This document shows, piece by piece, positions 63,601-64,000 of a stretch of DNA of 64,000 nucleotides. The notes beneath the pieces were generated by a model that saw nothing but the letters and a program-made list of their open reading frames with translations, did not search any database and had not been told where the DNA came from. A program made the translations under genes and the position numbers. The first letter of the stretch is position 1; every line of letters begins with the position of its first letter. The stretch spans positions 88,556 through 152,555 of the forward strand of contig JAJDYG010000040.1 in assembly GCA_022822855.1 (NCBI GenBank). The letters are read 5' to 3'. This DNA is from Dehalococcoidia bacterium (GTDB lineage: Bacteria > Chloroflexota > Dehalococcoidia > Bin125).

Positions 63601-64000
63601 ATGCCGCCCCTCACCGGACTCCGAGTCCTCGACCATGGCCACGTCTGGGCCGGCCCGCTGCTCGGCATGTTCCTGGCCGATCTCGGCGCGGAGGTGATCA
63701 AGGTCGGCGCGCCCCATCGGCTGTCCGGTGTATCGATCGGCGGCCAGCGCGCCCCCGTCGGCTCGATCGGCGGCGACCGAGGCTCCACGTCCGTCGACGA
63801 CCCGCGCGCCTTTCACGGTCTCGATCGCGGTAAGCGCTCGATCGCCATCAACCTCAGCGACCCGCGCGGGCGGGACCTCTACCTGCGCTTGATCGAACAG
63901 TCGGACGTCGTCCTCGAGAATTTTTCCCCGCGTGTGATGCCGTCGCTGGGACTCTCGTACGACGTCCTCTCCGAGGCCAACCCGAGGATCATCATGGTCG
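63601..64000 (+). CDS. CoA-transferase family III (CaiB/BaiF-like), N-terminal fragment; continues beyond the window
   Basis: MPPLTGLRVLDHGHVWAGPLLGMFLADLGAEVIKV is the family-III CoA-transferase N-terminal motif. No stop before position 64000. Confidence 0.7.
   Translation, partial: MPPLTGLRVLDHGHVWAGPLLGMFLADLGAEVIKVGAPHRLSGVSIGGQRAPVGSIGGDRGSTSVDDPRAFHGLDRGKRSIAINLSDPRGRDLYLRLIEQSDVVLENFSPRVMPSLGLSYDVLSEANPRIIMV

Overview
This is a 64-kb, high-GC (about 65-67%) bacterial chromosomal segment. It is densely coding, with roughly 70 supported CDS. By eye I found no rRNA, tRNA or CRISPR array. The gene content and the Cheo-type LexA box (GAAC-N4-GTTC) suggest a Gram-positive-like or Chloroflexi/Actinobacteria-like organism.

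Content in genome order:
- A truncated ERG4/ERG24-type sterol reductase homolog at the window edge, next to an MFS transporter remnant.
- A cell-envelope group: an Fn3-containing polysaccharide deacetylase, a GNAT acetyltransferase, CapA and a gluconolactonase.
- An acyl-CoA carboxylase-related neighbourhood: two tandem carboxyltransferase paralogs, an enoyl-CoA hydratase, an amidase, and further on a 1136-aa single-chain BC-BCCP-CT biotin carboxylase.
- A class-III aminotransferase-fold enzyme translationally coupled to an APH-family kinase (phospho-lyase/kinase-like pair).
- ArsR-AHSA1, DUF433-DUF5615 and RelE/ParE toxin-antitoxin-like pairs.
- Assorted redox and VOC-family enzymes.
- A siroheme/heme cluster (sirC-hemC-cobA/hemD-hemB).
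- A DNA-metabolism neighbourhood: udg, dnaN with DnaA-box-like motifs upstream, addB-addA, holA, lexA with its SOS box, and thyX.
- A terminal m5C-methyltransferase, Vsr and GIY-YIG nuclease module that looks like a restriction-modification system, flanked by an AT-rich repeat tract.

The most notable signals:
- A GrdB/PrdB-family protein whose reading frame continues through an in-frame TGA. The TGA is followed by a UxxCTRxxC motif and a SECIS-like hairpin, so this is a candidate selenoprotein.
- The single-chain multidomain biotin carboxylase.
- The phospho-lyase/kinase-like pair.
- A family of GC-rich palindromic repeat elements, one of which forms the 3' end of a small ORF.
- A cysteine-rich zinc-finger gene pair of unknown function.

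All calls rest on manual translation, motif recognition and remembered family signatures. I ran no database searches.
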